This document shows, in pieces, positions 1 through 12,208 of a DNA stretch of 64,000 nt. Within the stretch, counting starts at the first letter, position 1; every line of letters begins with the position of its first letter. Made by a program: the position numbers and the translations under genes. The stretch comes from Selaginella moellendorffii (Eukaryota; Plantae; Lycopodiophyta), in the NCBI RefSeq assembly GCF_000143415.4, contig NW_003314295.1, positions 1,659,950 through 1,723,949 on the forward strand, given 5' to 3'. The notes beneath the pieces are model-generated. The model searched no databases and was not told where the DNA came from. It saw only the letters and a program-made list of their open reading frames with translations.

Positions 1-31
1 ACTCGTACAGATAGTTCTAAAGTTTGCACAG

Positions 32-259
32 GTTGAGTACTCGCCGGTTTCGTCGATCGAGAAAACACGGCAGATGATGCAAGAGTTCGTGGATCTCTGG
101 CAAGAGGCGATCTCAGCACAGTCCATGAGTGGACGTATCTCGCTCCTAGAACCAAATTTTGCCGAGTACGCGCTCTCAGATACTTATACTTGGCAGCACA
201 CTGCACTGCAGTACATTTTTTTGTTTGCTTACTTCCTGTCGCAATCCCAAAGAGCATGA
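32..259 (+). CDS. MED20: Mediator subunit 20, last exon (5' part lies outside window)
   Basis: AG acceptor at 30-31, then VEYSPVSSIEKTRQMMQEFVDLWQEA...EPNFAEYALSDTYTWQHTALQY*, matching the plant MED20 C-terminus (VEYxPISS...EF...NF.E..L.D.YT.QHTA). Confidence 0.8.
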   Translation, partial: VEYSPVSSIEKTRQMMQEFVDLWQEAISAQSMSGRISLLEPNFAEYALSDTYTWQHTALQYIFLFAYFLSQSQRA

Positions 260-299
260 TCGCAATCAACACATCTCTCTTCTAGTTCGAGGTGATTTT

Positions 300-3200
300 C
301 TTTCCTGCTGTCCAAGTATTAACATATATCGCTCCAGAACATGTATGTTAGTTAGAGGTTAGACAAAGCAATGTAAGGGGTATCATCTGATAGACTAGCT
401 AGACGCTACATCCACACACAAAGAGAAAGAATTCGCAACTGGTTAATGTTCTCAATGCATCCTGGAATCCTGATCATCTTAAACGGGAGTTCAAATCATT
501 TAAGGTTAGTGTTTGCAAAATTCTTGTTTGCTCCAGACCTGCTCACTAGATTACGACATTTTTTTAATACAATTATTGAAAATTTTATTATCAATGTCAC
601 ATTTAATAGACTTTCAAATGTTAAAATTTAACTTTGTGAGGGCCAAGTGTACGGCTACAATGCCATATATTAATATTAATGTAGTGGGATTTTGGTAGTT
701 GTCGGATTGATTTCAATTCAAACCACTTGCTTTTGTATATAAGTTAGGGTTTTTGGGCTAATTGATATGCACATTTTCTGTATTCCCTTTTCATATTCCA
801 AGCACTCACAATAGTTTTATTATAAAATAAATAAAAATTTAATTATAAATATAATTTATTAAATCATAACACATATAAAAATGTAAAAAGAAATTTTTTT
901 AGTTAAATACAGAATGCATTTTACCATATTGGCATTATAATCTCCTTGAAGAATCACTCATAGAAGCTACACACTATACAAACTCAAGCAAAAGTCGTGT
1001 TTGATATTAGGAAACTAGCATGAGATAGGTTAGATGCTAAGGGCACTCACTAAACCCTAAATACAAATTATATATATGTATCAAAAGAATATACTGATTT
1101 CCACATATAGTGCTCTCTATTGGGAAATTCATCTCAACATTAGTATAGATAGATAGTATAGATAGTATATGTCTAAAGGATAATAGGATGACCACAAGGA
1201 AACACTAGTGGTATAAGCATAGCCATAGTAAATTTATTTTCTAGCAATTTCAAGCACTCTAGAAAATCAATATTGAGCAAACAATCTTTAAATGGATCTA
1301 AGAATATATTATTGTGTTTTTTCTTGTGATATGTACTTTGTTTTCTATATTATAGAGCATTTTAGATAATGTGAAATTATACTAGGTATGTATTAGCAAA
1401 TTCTAATCATAGCTCATTTCTGGGATATCATGCTACAACTTTCATATATCTATTCTAAAGATTGGATATGAGTAAGCAATTTTAAAAACACTCAAAATAA
1501 CTAATGGATGCAAGATTTCTCAAAAAATTATGTACAAAACAAGAATAAGAAACATACATTTCCTTTTAACAACTAATGGACTATGTGATATTTAAATCTA
1601 AATATAACATATTTGATGATCATATAATTATTAATAGACACATGGGTTGATGAACTCAATACAGTGATGAGGCTCCATCCAAACCACTATCACCTTGAGC
1701 TTTAAAAAAAAACAAATCCAATAATATTAATAAAATAGAAAAAAAACCAATAAGGTTAGAGGCCTATTGATTTAATTTATGGCTACCTATATACCAATTA
1801 AAAATCCATACCTTTTGTTATGAAATCACTTGCTATTTTGTTTACTTTCAATTAAAGAATTGTCTATAAATCAGTTGTTATTCAATTGTAATTACCATTT
1901 TTTTTTTGTTATACAACTGTTTCACCAATATTGGCCTAGAATACACCACCAACTTTCATCTCTAGAAGATCAAATTTAGAGATACTATTAGTAAGATATT
2001 GGATATATGCTTCTCTTATATAAGACATTTGCAACTAAATATCTATAGCACATCATAAATTCTATGGTATTTGTTCTAAACTAGAGAATTATCTCCTTGT
2101 TTGGCATTTTTAACTCTAATCCTAGTCATTCTAAGCTCTTGCACCACTACAATAAATCCAGTCCTTTGACAATATAGTTAATCATCTATAATTTCCTTTA
2201 GATTGGCCCCTCCTTTTAGAAGAGCACGTATGATGCAATTCATATGCTGCCATAGCCCTCTCATCTTCTCAACGTGGGTGTGTTGCCCATGATCATGACT
2301 AACTTGATTAATAAATTGTTTAATGAGTGTTAAATTTCTCCTTGCCAAGAGGTTTGACCAAATAGCAATAGTAGAAACATTTGGATCAAGAAAAACCTAT
2401 TTGTATTACAAAATTTTGATGTTGCAAGAGATGAAATGGTTGCTTGAGCATTTAATAAAACTTTAGTAGAACTTTTGGTGGGATTATAACAATCTAAAAA
2501 GATGTGGAGTAGAAAAGCTTATTAAATACTTTCAATATCATTCCTCCTTATTAACTTGTTAAAGAATAAATATGGCATGTTAAAAACAAATATAAACTCA
2601 TTTTAAAATTTTTTTCCCTCTTTTAGGATCTTGTATTCGCATTTTGGTTCTTTTTCCCTTTTTTAATCAAATCCTTTATCATGGGAAAGTCAATCTAAAA
2701 AGCCCCAAAATAGCCTAGTAAATGAAGGTTTATTAAGGCTATTGCTAAAATGGTTTTCTATACATGATTTGGGCTTATAAAGATATCAAGAGAGCAATAT
2801 TGATAATTATGCCTTACTAAGCCTCCTCCATAGGTATTTGAGATAAAGCATTAAGAGTGTAGATTAAGTTGTTCTATTTATAATAGTCTCATCAATTAGG
2901 TGCCAAACCCACAAAATATATTATATTCAAGAGTTCTACATATTGACTTTAGACATGCAACTTACTTAATCTTTACTTCTTTAAAGATATTGTGATGTTT
3001 GATATGGTTCTCACAACTTTATTAAAAAAAGTTGGTAATCTTTATCATACTATAAAATCTAAAGGGTATAACACAACTTTGTAAAATTAAATGCATTAGC
3101 AAATTTATGCCTTAACCATTTGCATACTATCAAACATTGTGTAATATATTATATATCATCCACTTTTAAAAAGATGAACTATGTTTTTGCTTTTAAAAAA

Positions 3201-3470
3201 AAGTAAAAATTTAAATTTTTTAAAAAAGTAACTTTCAATAAAAATTTTTTTTTATACCTTTTATATGAAATAAAAAAGTAAAATACATAATTTCATATAT
3301 TGTTTTATATAATACATGCATATATATTTCTATACATATAAAAGAATATTCCTGACTATTTTAAATGCTTAGTGGGGAAGGAGATTGGGGAAAAAAATAT
3401 TATCTTTGTCCATTATACTATTAGTAAAATGGTATTTTAGTGAAAGAGTTACTATTGTAAAAAGAAAAAA
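300..3470. mobile_element. Highly degenerate AT-rich transposon-derived sequence
   Basis: Very AT-rich and CpG-poor with no intact ORFs. Faint minus-strand RNase H-like words (LDGAS ~1670-1683; IPRNE...FAN ~1393-1428). Confidence 0.35.
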
Positions 3471-3480
3471 AAAAAGGCTC

Positions 3481-4398
3481 CTATAAATAGTTATATTTGT
3501 TTTATCCACAAGATATTTACCACCACTTTGATAATCATCAATCCTTTGATATAAATGTTTGTTATATATATGGTACATAAGTTGGTATATTTCATCCCAC
3601 AAGAGATAAAGACTGCTTAAGATCATATAAGTCCACCAGTCATGAACACTAACAAGTGGTCCTTTTAAAATTGTAGCAATGGCAACTTATTACTTTGTGA
3701 AGAGATGAATTTCACAAATCTTAGTTTCATCAAAATTTGGGGCATGCAAGTTGCAAGGAGCTGTCTTCACTTGGTTAATTTTGGTTAGTGTCATAGCATC
3801 TTTGTAATTCACATATGGAAAATATAGTGGGTGATGTTTGTAGAGAACAAGCTTTGTTGGTTTGGTGCTTGTCTTCTGCTTGACTACCAAATAAACATTA
3901 TAACCCTTTAAGCCCAAAAGTTGATTGGAGTGGAGAATATCACTAACACCTATGCTCAATATAATAGTCATAGCCTTGTTTGTTCCCACAAGTAGTGCAC
4001 CACCCCCATATATTTTTGTAAACCAAAGAAGAATATATAAAAACTAAATGAATTATAAACAAGAGGCAATGGAGGGAGGAGAGTATGCACCTTGCAATTT
4101 ATAACTTTATTGCTATGACTCCCCTATATTAAGTTGTTGTGAGGCTCTACTTCTTTTTGAAAAGACCTATAGGGAACTAAAGCTCTTAAGTTCTCTTTCT
4201 CATTTGATAATCAAAGGAAAAGTTTATAGTTGCGGCAAAAGGAAAGTCTGGGTTGTGAATAAATATTATAATGACATATAGGAAATAACCATGGATGAGA
4301 AGTTTGAGCTTGATGCATACAAGACATCTACTACTCTGGGTAAATCTCTTGAGACTACTATTATTCCATGAATAATATAAATAGAGAAATATGTGTAT
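3481..4398 (+). repeat. Copy 1 of a duplicated segment; carries an internal inversion at 3735-4105 relative to copy 2
   Basis: 3481-3734 aligns directly with 5341-5560. 3735-4105 is the reverse complement of 5561-5928. 4106-4228 aligns with 5929-6052, and 4230-4398 with ~11543-11708. Confidence 0.85.
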
Positions 4399-5340
4399 GG
4401 TGTTTATTCTGCCAAGAGTGCTACATAATAACTATATAAATGTCTGGGTTCTTACAATATCAAAATAAAAGCATTGGTATTTGTGCCAAATCATTTTATC
4501 TTTTGTTTTAGTCTAAACTTTTATTAATTGATGTTGTGCTCATATATGATGGATTCAGTCAATGCTTCAAGGCCTTCTTTTCCTTTTTCTGCCTCTTGTG
4601 CTTGATTTTGAGCCTCCAGTATTTGTTTTTTTACTAATGGAATTTCTTGTAAAGTTCATAAAAGAGAGAGGGAGAGAGAGCATCACAAGTACATATGGTA
4701 GCTATTGTTGTTAATGGTTGTTTCAATTAAATAAGTTTTTTTTTTCACTTTTATACTATGTAATTAGATTTGTAGAAAATGCCTCTTATGGGCTTATCTC
4801 TTGTATATAGCCCACTACAAAGAGTATCCTTTTGTGATGCAAAGTATTTACAAAATTAACAAAGTTTCAAACAATTTATCCTTTATTTTATTCATGTGTG
4901 TAGGGAGAAGAAGAATTTGGTTTTAAGTGTAAGGGATTTTTTCAATAAGGAGATATACATGGTGTATAAGTTTATTTTATGGATTCGTGGAACATAATGA
5001 TTAGGCATATCAAGAATGGCTTCCTAGAATTCTATACTATCACTATTTGCAAAGTTGATAATGCAAAGGTGTTTTTGAATGTGGACTCACATGATTACTG
5101 TATGCAAGCTAGTAACCATAAGAAGTGTGTCCAATCCTTTTACGGAATTTAATTATAAATCTTAATAATGTTAGCAACATGCCTTAAGAGTTTAAATGAA
5201 GTACTAGAATGCATACTCCAAACTTAAGTAGGCAAAGATGAGGTTTGAAAAAATCTAAAAGAATAAAGTTTTAACTTGAAATTGAACTATGAAAACAAGA
5301 AAAAAAATTAACAAATTCTTTTAGCTATGGGTTCTCAACC

Positions 5341-6052
5341 CTATAAATGGTCACGTTTAATTATCCATGCACCACCCTCTGATATAAATGTTGGTTGTGC
5401 ATATCATATTGGCATATCTCATCCCATAAAAGATAAAGAGAGCGTGAAATAATGCAAGGCCACTTGGTCACAAATGCAAGTAAGTGATCCTCTTGAAACT
5501 GTAGTAATGGCAACTCATTACTTTGTGAAAATAAATTTTACAAATCTTAGTTTCACCAAAGCTATAAATTGTAGGGTGTATGCTCTTCCCCCCACCACCT
5601 CTTACTTGTAGTTCTCTTGATTTTTATATATTCCTCTTCGGTCTGCAAAAATGTATGGGGTGGTGCATTGCATATGAGAGTAAGCAAAGTTATAACTATT
5701 GTGTTGAACATAAGTGTTAGTAATGTTCTTAACTCTAATTAGCTCATGGGCTCAAAGGGTTATGACTTTTATTTGGTGGTCAAGTTGAAGACAAGCACCA
5801 AGTCAACAAAGCTTGTTCTCTACAAAGGTCACCCACCATATCCTCTATAAGTGAATTACAAGGATGCCATGACACTAATTGAAATTAGCCAAGTGAAGAC
5901 AATTCTTTACAGCCTACGTGCCCCAAATCCTTGTTGCTATAACTCCCACACTAGGTTGTTGTGAGGCTTTGCTTCTTTTTGAGATGATTTATGAAGAACC
6001 AAAGCCCCCTCAAGTTCTTTTTATCATTTGATAATCAAAGAAGAAGCTTGTG
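5341..6052 (+). repeat. Copy 2 of the duplicated segment, 5' part (interrupted by the Gypsy element)
   Basis: Shares e.g. ctataaat, atggcaact.attactttgtgaa, caaatcttagtttca, gttgttgtgaggct and catttgataatcaaag with copy 1. Confidence 0.85.
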
Positions 6053-6173
6053 TGTTATGTGCCAGCTTGAAAAGCTTAAGGGTATATTAAGGCATGTTAG
6101 AGTAAAAAACTTAACCTACCTTAGGGCTCATAAAGAGACTAGATCTTTGTCTTTTTGTACAAGATTATAATAT

Positions 6174-6185
6174 TGGTATCAAAGG
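6174..6185 (+). other. Primer-binding site (initiator tRNA-Met type)
   Basis: tggtatcaaagg versus canonical TGGTATCAGAGC, immediately after the 5' LTR. Confidence 0.7.
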
Positions 6186-8850
6186 AGTTGGTTGCAATGG
6201 CTAACCAAGCTAAATGTTAGAATCCTATTGTTGATGGTGGTGTGGATAATGGTGTTGATTGAGTTGTAGAGGTTTAGACCATTCAAGATGCAAAAGGGAC
6301 AAAGAAGTAGAAGTTTTTTGTGAAAAATTATAGACAAGGTCGTCATCATTGTAATGAGTTTGGACACTATAAAACTGATTGTGTACAGTTGAAAAACAAG
6401 TAATAAAGCAAAAAGATTGTCCAATCTTCTACTGACGGTAAGTTAGATATTAAACAGTTGCAAACTTTGTAGCGTGAGGATGATAAGGAAGACCATTCTG
6501 ATCAAAAGAAGAGGCTTTTGATCATTTTTTGTCAATTTAATTGTATGTAGAATAAAATGAAGCTCGATGACACTTGTGTATCAGTTTTAATGCTAGAAGG
6601 CATTTTCTGTGGCAGTCTAGTGTCAATTTTACTAAATAATGGGAGTGATGACAACTTTTTTTCAGCAAAGTTTGTTCAGGAGTATGGCCTAGTAGTACGA
6701 GGTGTTCTTCCATACACAATGGAAGGTGCAGCTAACTCTACTTAGCATTTCAATGCTTATGTAAAAGGGTTGAAAGTATTTGTTAGTAAAACTACACTTG
6801 TGGAGACTTTTTATCTCATAGATATTCATTGTGTGGATCTCATTTTTATGATGCCATAGTTGGTGAAAGTGAATACAGAGATAAAATGGAATATTAAGCA
6901 TATCTCACTAAAGTACAGTAGCATTAAAGATGTGTAGTTTGGAGAGGGAACCTCCAGTTGTTATGCTCTCTACTATATTTTGTAAGTGGATTTGTCGTAA
7001 TGGAAAAGCATTTTCAAGTTACTTGTTGTTTATTCATGATTTAGGGGATTAAGACACTTGTGGGGGAGAGGTAGCAATATAGGTTGTATTCGAAAAGTTT
7101 TCTAATGTTTTTCCATTTGAACTTCCTTATATGTTACCTTTATTATGAGGTATGGAGTATAGGATTACGTTGGAGCTAGAGATATGGCCAATTTACTAGC
7201 ATCCATTTAAGTTGAGTATGAGGAGCAAAAATTTCAACAATAAGTTAATGAGTTATTTAAGTTTGGATTTATTCAGCTAAGTAAGTTTTTGTTTCGTGCT
7301 TCAATCTTGCTCATGAAAAAAAAGGACAGTTCAATATGGATGTATATTAATTATTATACCTTAAACAAAAAGACAGTGAAGGATAAGATGTCGATGCTGT
7401 ATATGGATGGTATCTTAGACAAGATTAGTGAAACACGAGTGTTTACCAAGATTTATTTGAAAGTGGATATCATCAAATTGCAATAAATGATGCATCTATC
7501 TCCAAGATGGCATTCAACATAAGCTTCACGCGTTTTGAGTTTATAGTTATATTATTTGATTTGATGAAAGTACTAGCCACATTTACTCGGTTGATAATGG
7601 AGGTATTTGGGTGTTATCATCATGAGTTTGTGGAGATTTTCTTAGAGAATATTTTTGTTCTTAGCAAGAATATAAAGTATAAAATGCATTTGCACAAGGT
7701 TCTTTTGTTAGTATGTGATAACAAACTTTATGCAAAGAAGAGCAAATATAAATTTGCAAAGTCAAAGGTGAAATTTTTATGCCATATTGTGATATCTAAA
7801 GGTGTCAAGATAGATCCAAGGAAGGTGGATATGGTGGAGAACTAGCCTACACTGACTTCAATGATTAAGTTATACAGCTTCTTAGTTATTACTGATGTTT
7901 CTAGCATAAATTTGCAAAGGTGGCTATTTCCTTTGACATGGTTGTTACGCAAGAATATGCCATTCAAATGGAAGAAGCCATATGAGGATAGTTTTGTGGC
8001 ATTAAAATGGTTGTTGAGCAAGGCTTTTACATTATTGATCCATCAAAACTTTAGAAAGTGACATGTGATGCGAATGGTTGTTGAGTAAGGCTCTAGTGCT
8101 TTGTATTGTTGATCTATCAAAACTTTACAAAGTGACATATGATGTGAGTGGTTATGCATTAAGAGGAATTTTCATACAAGAGGGATAACCTATTGCATAT
8201 GAGAGTCGAACTTTGAATCCTATGGACCAATGCTATTCCACATATGAGCAAGAGTTACTCTCCATTGTTTATGTTTTGTGGATATCGCAACACTATCTTT
8301 ATAGTGTTGACAAATCACAAACTTTTTGTGTATCTTTTCATACAAAAAGAGTTAATTACTAGATAAGCTCATTGGATGGTCAAACTTATGGAGTTTTGGG
8401 AGTTTCTTATTAAGCTTTATTTGGGAAAATCAAATGTGGTGGCAAATACTTTATCTCATATTCATTATGTGATGACATTATAAACACAATCTTTTCATCA
8501 TTTAAGTAAAGTGGTTAGCAAGTTTGGGAAATTGGTTGAGCATGCTCAGGCTTAAAGTGGTTTCTTTGCGAACCTAGATAGAAGCCCCTTTCTCATTGGT
8601 GAATAGGATTCTTTTATAATAATCATATATATTTGCCACAAGTGGATGTATTGATTACTCAAGTTTTATTCCATTATCATGATTGTTTAGAGGGTAGTCA
8701 TTTTGGGGGGAAGAAGACATATAAACTGATTAACTACAAATTTTATTAAAGGAATATAAAGGCTAATATCCTCAAGTATTATAAATCATGCAAGCTCTGT
8801 CAATGAGTAAAGGTGCTACAAGAAAAGCCTAAAGGACTTTTGCAACCTTT

Positions 8851-10394
8851 TGTGAGATATAAATCCTAAGCCCTAAAGTGGAGCTGAAAGGGTGTCATAT
8901 GGTAGTGGTTGAAATGGAAGTCCAAGAAGCATAATATATTTGAACCAAAAGCTCTAACTTGGAAAGTCGAGAATATAAGTGGAACTTTGAACAAAGTGCT
9001 TAAAGAATGAGTACGAAGTAATTAGTGAATGAGTCTTTAAAAAGGGACATAAGAAGGATTAACACATGGCAAGTGTTATGATACACGGAAGTGTCAGAAA
9101 CGAGCCAAAAAAGAGTCCAAGATGGACCCGAGATGGAGTCCAAGATAGACCCAAGATAGAGTTTGATATGGATCCGAGATAAATTGAAGATGGAATTTGA
9201 GATGGACACGAGATAGACCTAAGATGGAGTCCGAGGTCAAATCTAAGGTTGAGGTGGAGACCGAGTCTAAGACCGAGACCAAGACCGAGACCGAGACCAA
9301 AGCTAAAACTGAGACCAAAATTGGGACTGAGATCGAGATTAAGTCCGAGTCCAAGTCTAAATCCCAGTGTAAGTTCAAGTCCAAGTCTGAGTTTGAGGGT
9401 GAAAGCCTAAAGTGATTGTCTCTCAAACCTTAAGGGGTTTGGTGAGCTCTAAAAATATAGTAGGGGGAGAATTCTAGTGGAGCCAGTTTGATCAGGAAAG
9501 GTTAATATGACCAAGGAAAACTATACCCATGTGTTAGGTGATGATATAACCATTGAAAAGTCTAAGGCTAGAGTGAATATAAATATATAAATGAGGTAGC
9601 TTAGTAAAGTGTTCAAAAACCGACTCTAGTTCCTTCGGGAAATCAAATAGTCAATGCTCCCAATCTAAGTGTGGGTGGCACTATTTACTTGGATACTTGG
9701 CATGGCTCATCGAAACCTCGCTCTAGCCACATGGCTAGGGCACCTAAATGTAGAAGATGGGGAGAGTACCCACGAGACTCGCGTAGGGCCATGGTGTTTT
9801 AAAATGTTATCCCAAACTCTTAGACTATAGAAAGGAAGAGGATTAATCCTCTAGTGTAGTGACCAAGGATACGGTCATATGGTGAGGAAGTTTTAGAAGT
9901 CAATAAGACTTAATGGTTGGGCTTTTGGGTCTTGACCTAGTAGTGGTATTGTTGAGTAAAGCCATAGATGGAGAAAAACTTGGTGGGAATGAAAGAAGGA
10001 ACATTGAGGAAGGGTGTTCCTTATGTCTCCGGGCATCCTAAGGGTGCTAAGGTGTGGTCAAAGGATGACCACTCATAAATGGATGGCCCAGTCTTTGAAA
10101 AATGGGATTGTGATGAAGGTGGTCTTAGAGTACCAATGTGACAAAAGGGTAAATGGGCATGGCCTTAGCATAATGGATTGATATGTCAGTGGTACCTTTA
10201 GGTGTCAGTCATGGGGTTGGACATGTGGAGCACTTGGACCAAGTGCAAAAGTTAAGTGGCATAGATGCTATTCATGGGGCTAGCATGTCCCCAAGTAAAG
10301 AATAAAGCTTATGGAATTCATAAGCAAGGTTGCTCTAAATGGTTAAATGTGTGGTTAAGTGAATAAAGTAGAATGGAAAAATTAATTTCTTACA
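8851..10394. mobile_element. Nested solo-LTR-like insertion inside the Gypsy integrase
   Basis: Begins TGTGAGA and ends TCTTACA. Flanked by a perfect 5-bp direct repeat CCTTT (8846-8850 and 10395-10399). Removing it restores the GLLQPLPIP codons. Confidence 0.88.
9100..9400 (+). repeat. Degenerate hexamer tandem array (ccgaga/ccaaga/ccgagt/ccaagt)
   Basis: e.g. gaccgagaccaagaccgagaccgagaccaa; generates the spurious ETKTKTETETK ORF. Confidence 0.8.
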
Positions 10395-11542
10395 CCTTTA
10401 CCTATTCCTTAGAGCTATTGGTGTAGTATCTCTATGGACTTCATCACTTATTTGGCACAAACATAAGGTCAAAAGGAGTAAGTATGGATTATTTGATGAA
10501 GTATGTGTGGTTGTTGGCTTTTCAAAAGACTATTATTATCTCATACTTGGTTGTGATCTACTTGAAGAAAGTTTTTCTTGATTTTGGTTTGCTGAAGGAT
10601 ATTGTTAATAATCAAAACTCAAAGTTCACTAATGGAATTTGGAAGAGCTTTACAAAGGTTATGCAAGTGATATTTGAAACTCTTGGATGAAGATCATCTT
10701 TAGACAAATGGGCAAATTGAGTGTGTGAATCATGTGGTGGAGGATATACTACATTGTAGCATTAGTCAAAGGTAGTTTGTTAGTGCAATTTTCTTGTAAT
10801 AATAGCCAATATAGTGGAACCAAGTTAAATCCTTACTTTACCATATTTGGAAAGCATGTGGAGTTATGATTGTATTTGAGTAAGGATATTCAAGATAAAC
10901 TTGATTTCAAGGCAACTAATCTGGCCACAAAACTTGATGAGATTTTGGTGGTGCGTAAATGAAATTTGCAAATGCTTAGGATAGAGTAGAGAAGATTGTT
11001 AATGAGTATTGCAAATTCTAGGAATATAAAGTGGGTGATCTCATATTTGTGTAAGTGATCTTTCCGTCAAATGAGTGGTAAAACACCTTGGTACCTTTAT
11101 AGAATGAGAAGAGTGATAAACTTTCTCATTAATATGTTGGTCCATATGAAGTGCTAGAGTGGGTAAAACAACTTATCGAGTGCAATTGCCAATTGGGGTG
11201 AAAATTCATCTAGTATCTTATATTAGCCAATTAAATCTCAGAGTGAAAGGCCTCTTTATGGACCAAGAGCTTAAATAAGGTTCCCTACAAAGGGTGATCA
11301 CCAGTATAATTTGTCCTTGGGATAAAGACTTTGTTGAGGGGGAAGAATTGTTAGATGCCAGCTTAACCATATGGTCATCGTGGGTCAAAAGGAATATTAA
11401 GGTATATTAGGGTAAAGAATTTAACCGCAGCAGCTTTTGAAGTAGATTAAGGGTGGTTAGGTGGTGAGGAACCTTAAGAGGAAGCATAGTATAGTATAGG
11501 GAGACTAGATCTTTATCTTTTTAGCTGAATCATAAGATTATG

Positions 11543-11708
11543 GTAGCGAGGGAAAGTCTAAGTTGTGGATAAGTACTGCAATGAGGTATAGAAAATCACC
11601 GTGGATGAAAAATTTAACCCTAATGCACAAAAGACATTTACTACTTTAGGTAAATCTCTTGACACTACTACTATTCCATGAATAATATAAATAAGAAAAT
11701 GTGTGTAT
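11543..11708 (+). repeat. Copy 2 of the duplicated segment, 3' part
   Basis: ggaaagtct...ggtaaatctcttga.actacta.tattccatgaataatataaata matches 4241-4385. Confidence 0.85.
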
Positions 11709-12208
11709 AGAATGAACTTTTGTAAATATGGTCTGCTTGGATGAGTGTTGCCACCAGACTCTCACCAATGGCTTCCACCTCTTCCACCTCTTTGACTACT
11801 GTCCTCTGCAATCAACATTTCAAGGCAGACATAGCAAGTTCCTTGTCTCAAAGACCTCATTGTTTGCCCACTATTTCTGAGGTAGTAGGTTCCAATCTTT
11901 TGTTTGATAAGTCCTCTTCATGCTAGTGATGTTTGCCCACCTTTTTTTTGCATCCATGGTTGCCAAGCTTCAAAGCGAGTGGCTTGTTCCAGCTTCTGGC
12001 AAGGCTCACAAATTCACATGTCTCCTTGGCCAGATAAATTCTAGATTAAAGGGATTTCATCTTGTGGGATTGAAAATGTTACAGGCTCTAGGTGGTGCTG
12101 AACCCCCAAGTTGAGATGGAAGCTATGGGCTACTAGCTTGTACATGCCGGTCCTCTCACACTTCTGTATCTTGCACAGCAATTTGGTGAGGACCAATGGT
12201 GTGGGGTT

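Larger units (their letters stand above)
6053..11545 (+). mobile_element. Degenerate Ty3/Gypsy LTR retrotransposon (gag remnant-PR-RT-RH-INT)
   Basis: 5' LTR ~6053-6172 and 3' LTR ~11349-11545 share tgtta..tgccagctt, atattaagg and gagactagatcttt.tcttttt. PBS tggtatcaaag at 6174; PPT gagggggaagaa at 11336-11347. Decayed zinc knuckle (xHHCNEFGHYKTDC, 6341), protease (LLNNGSDDNF), RT (KKKDSS..YINY..LNKKTVKD), RNase H, integrase GLLQPLPIP..W..ISMDF and GPY motif. Many stops and frameshifts. Confidence 0.9.

Noticed and set aside
1087-7960. Isolated GNATATNC matches in the transposon island (~1087, 3344, ~7953)
   Set aside because: Single hits in AT-rich sequence are expected by chance and are not near gene starts.
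9094-9426. ORFs on both strands (ETKTK-rich / VSVLVS-rich)
   Set aside because: By-products of the hexamer array inside the nested LTR-like element.
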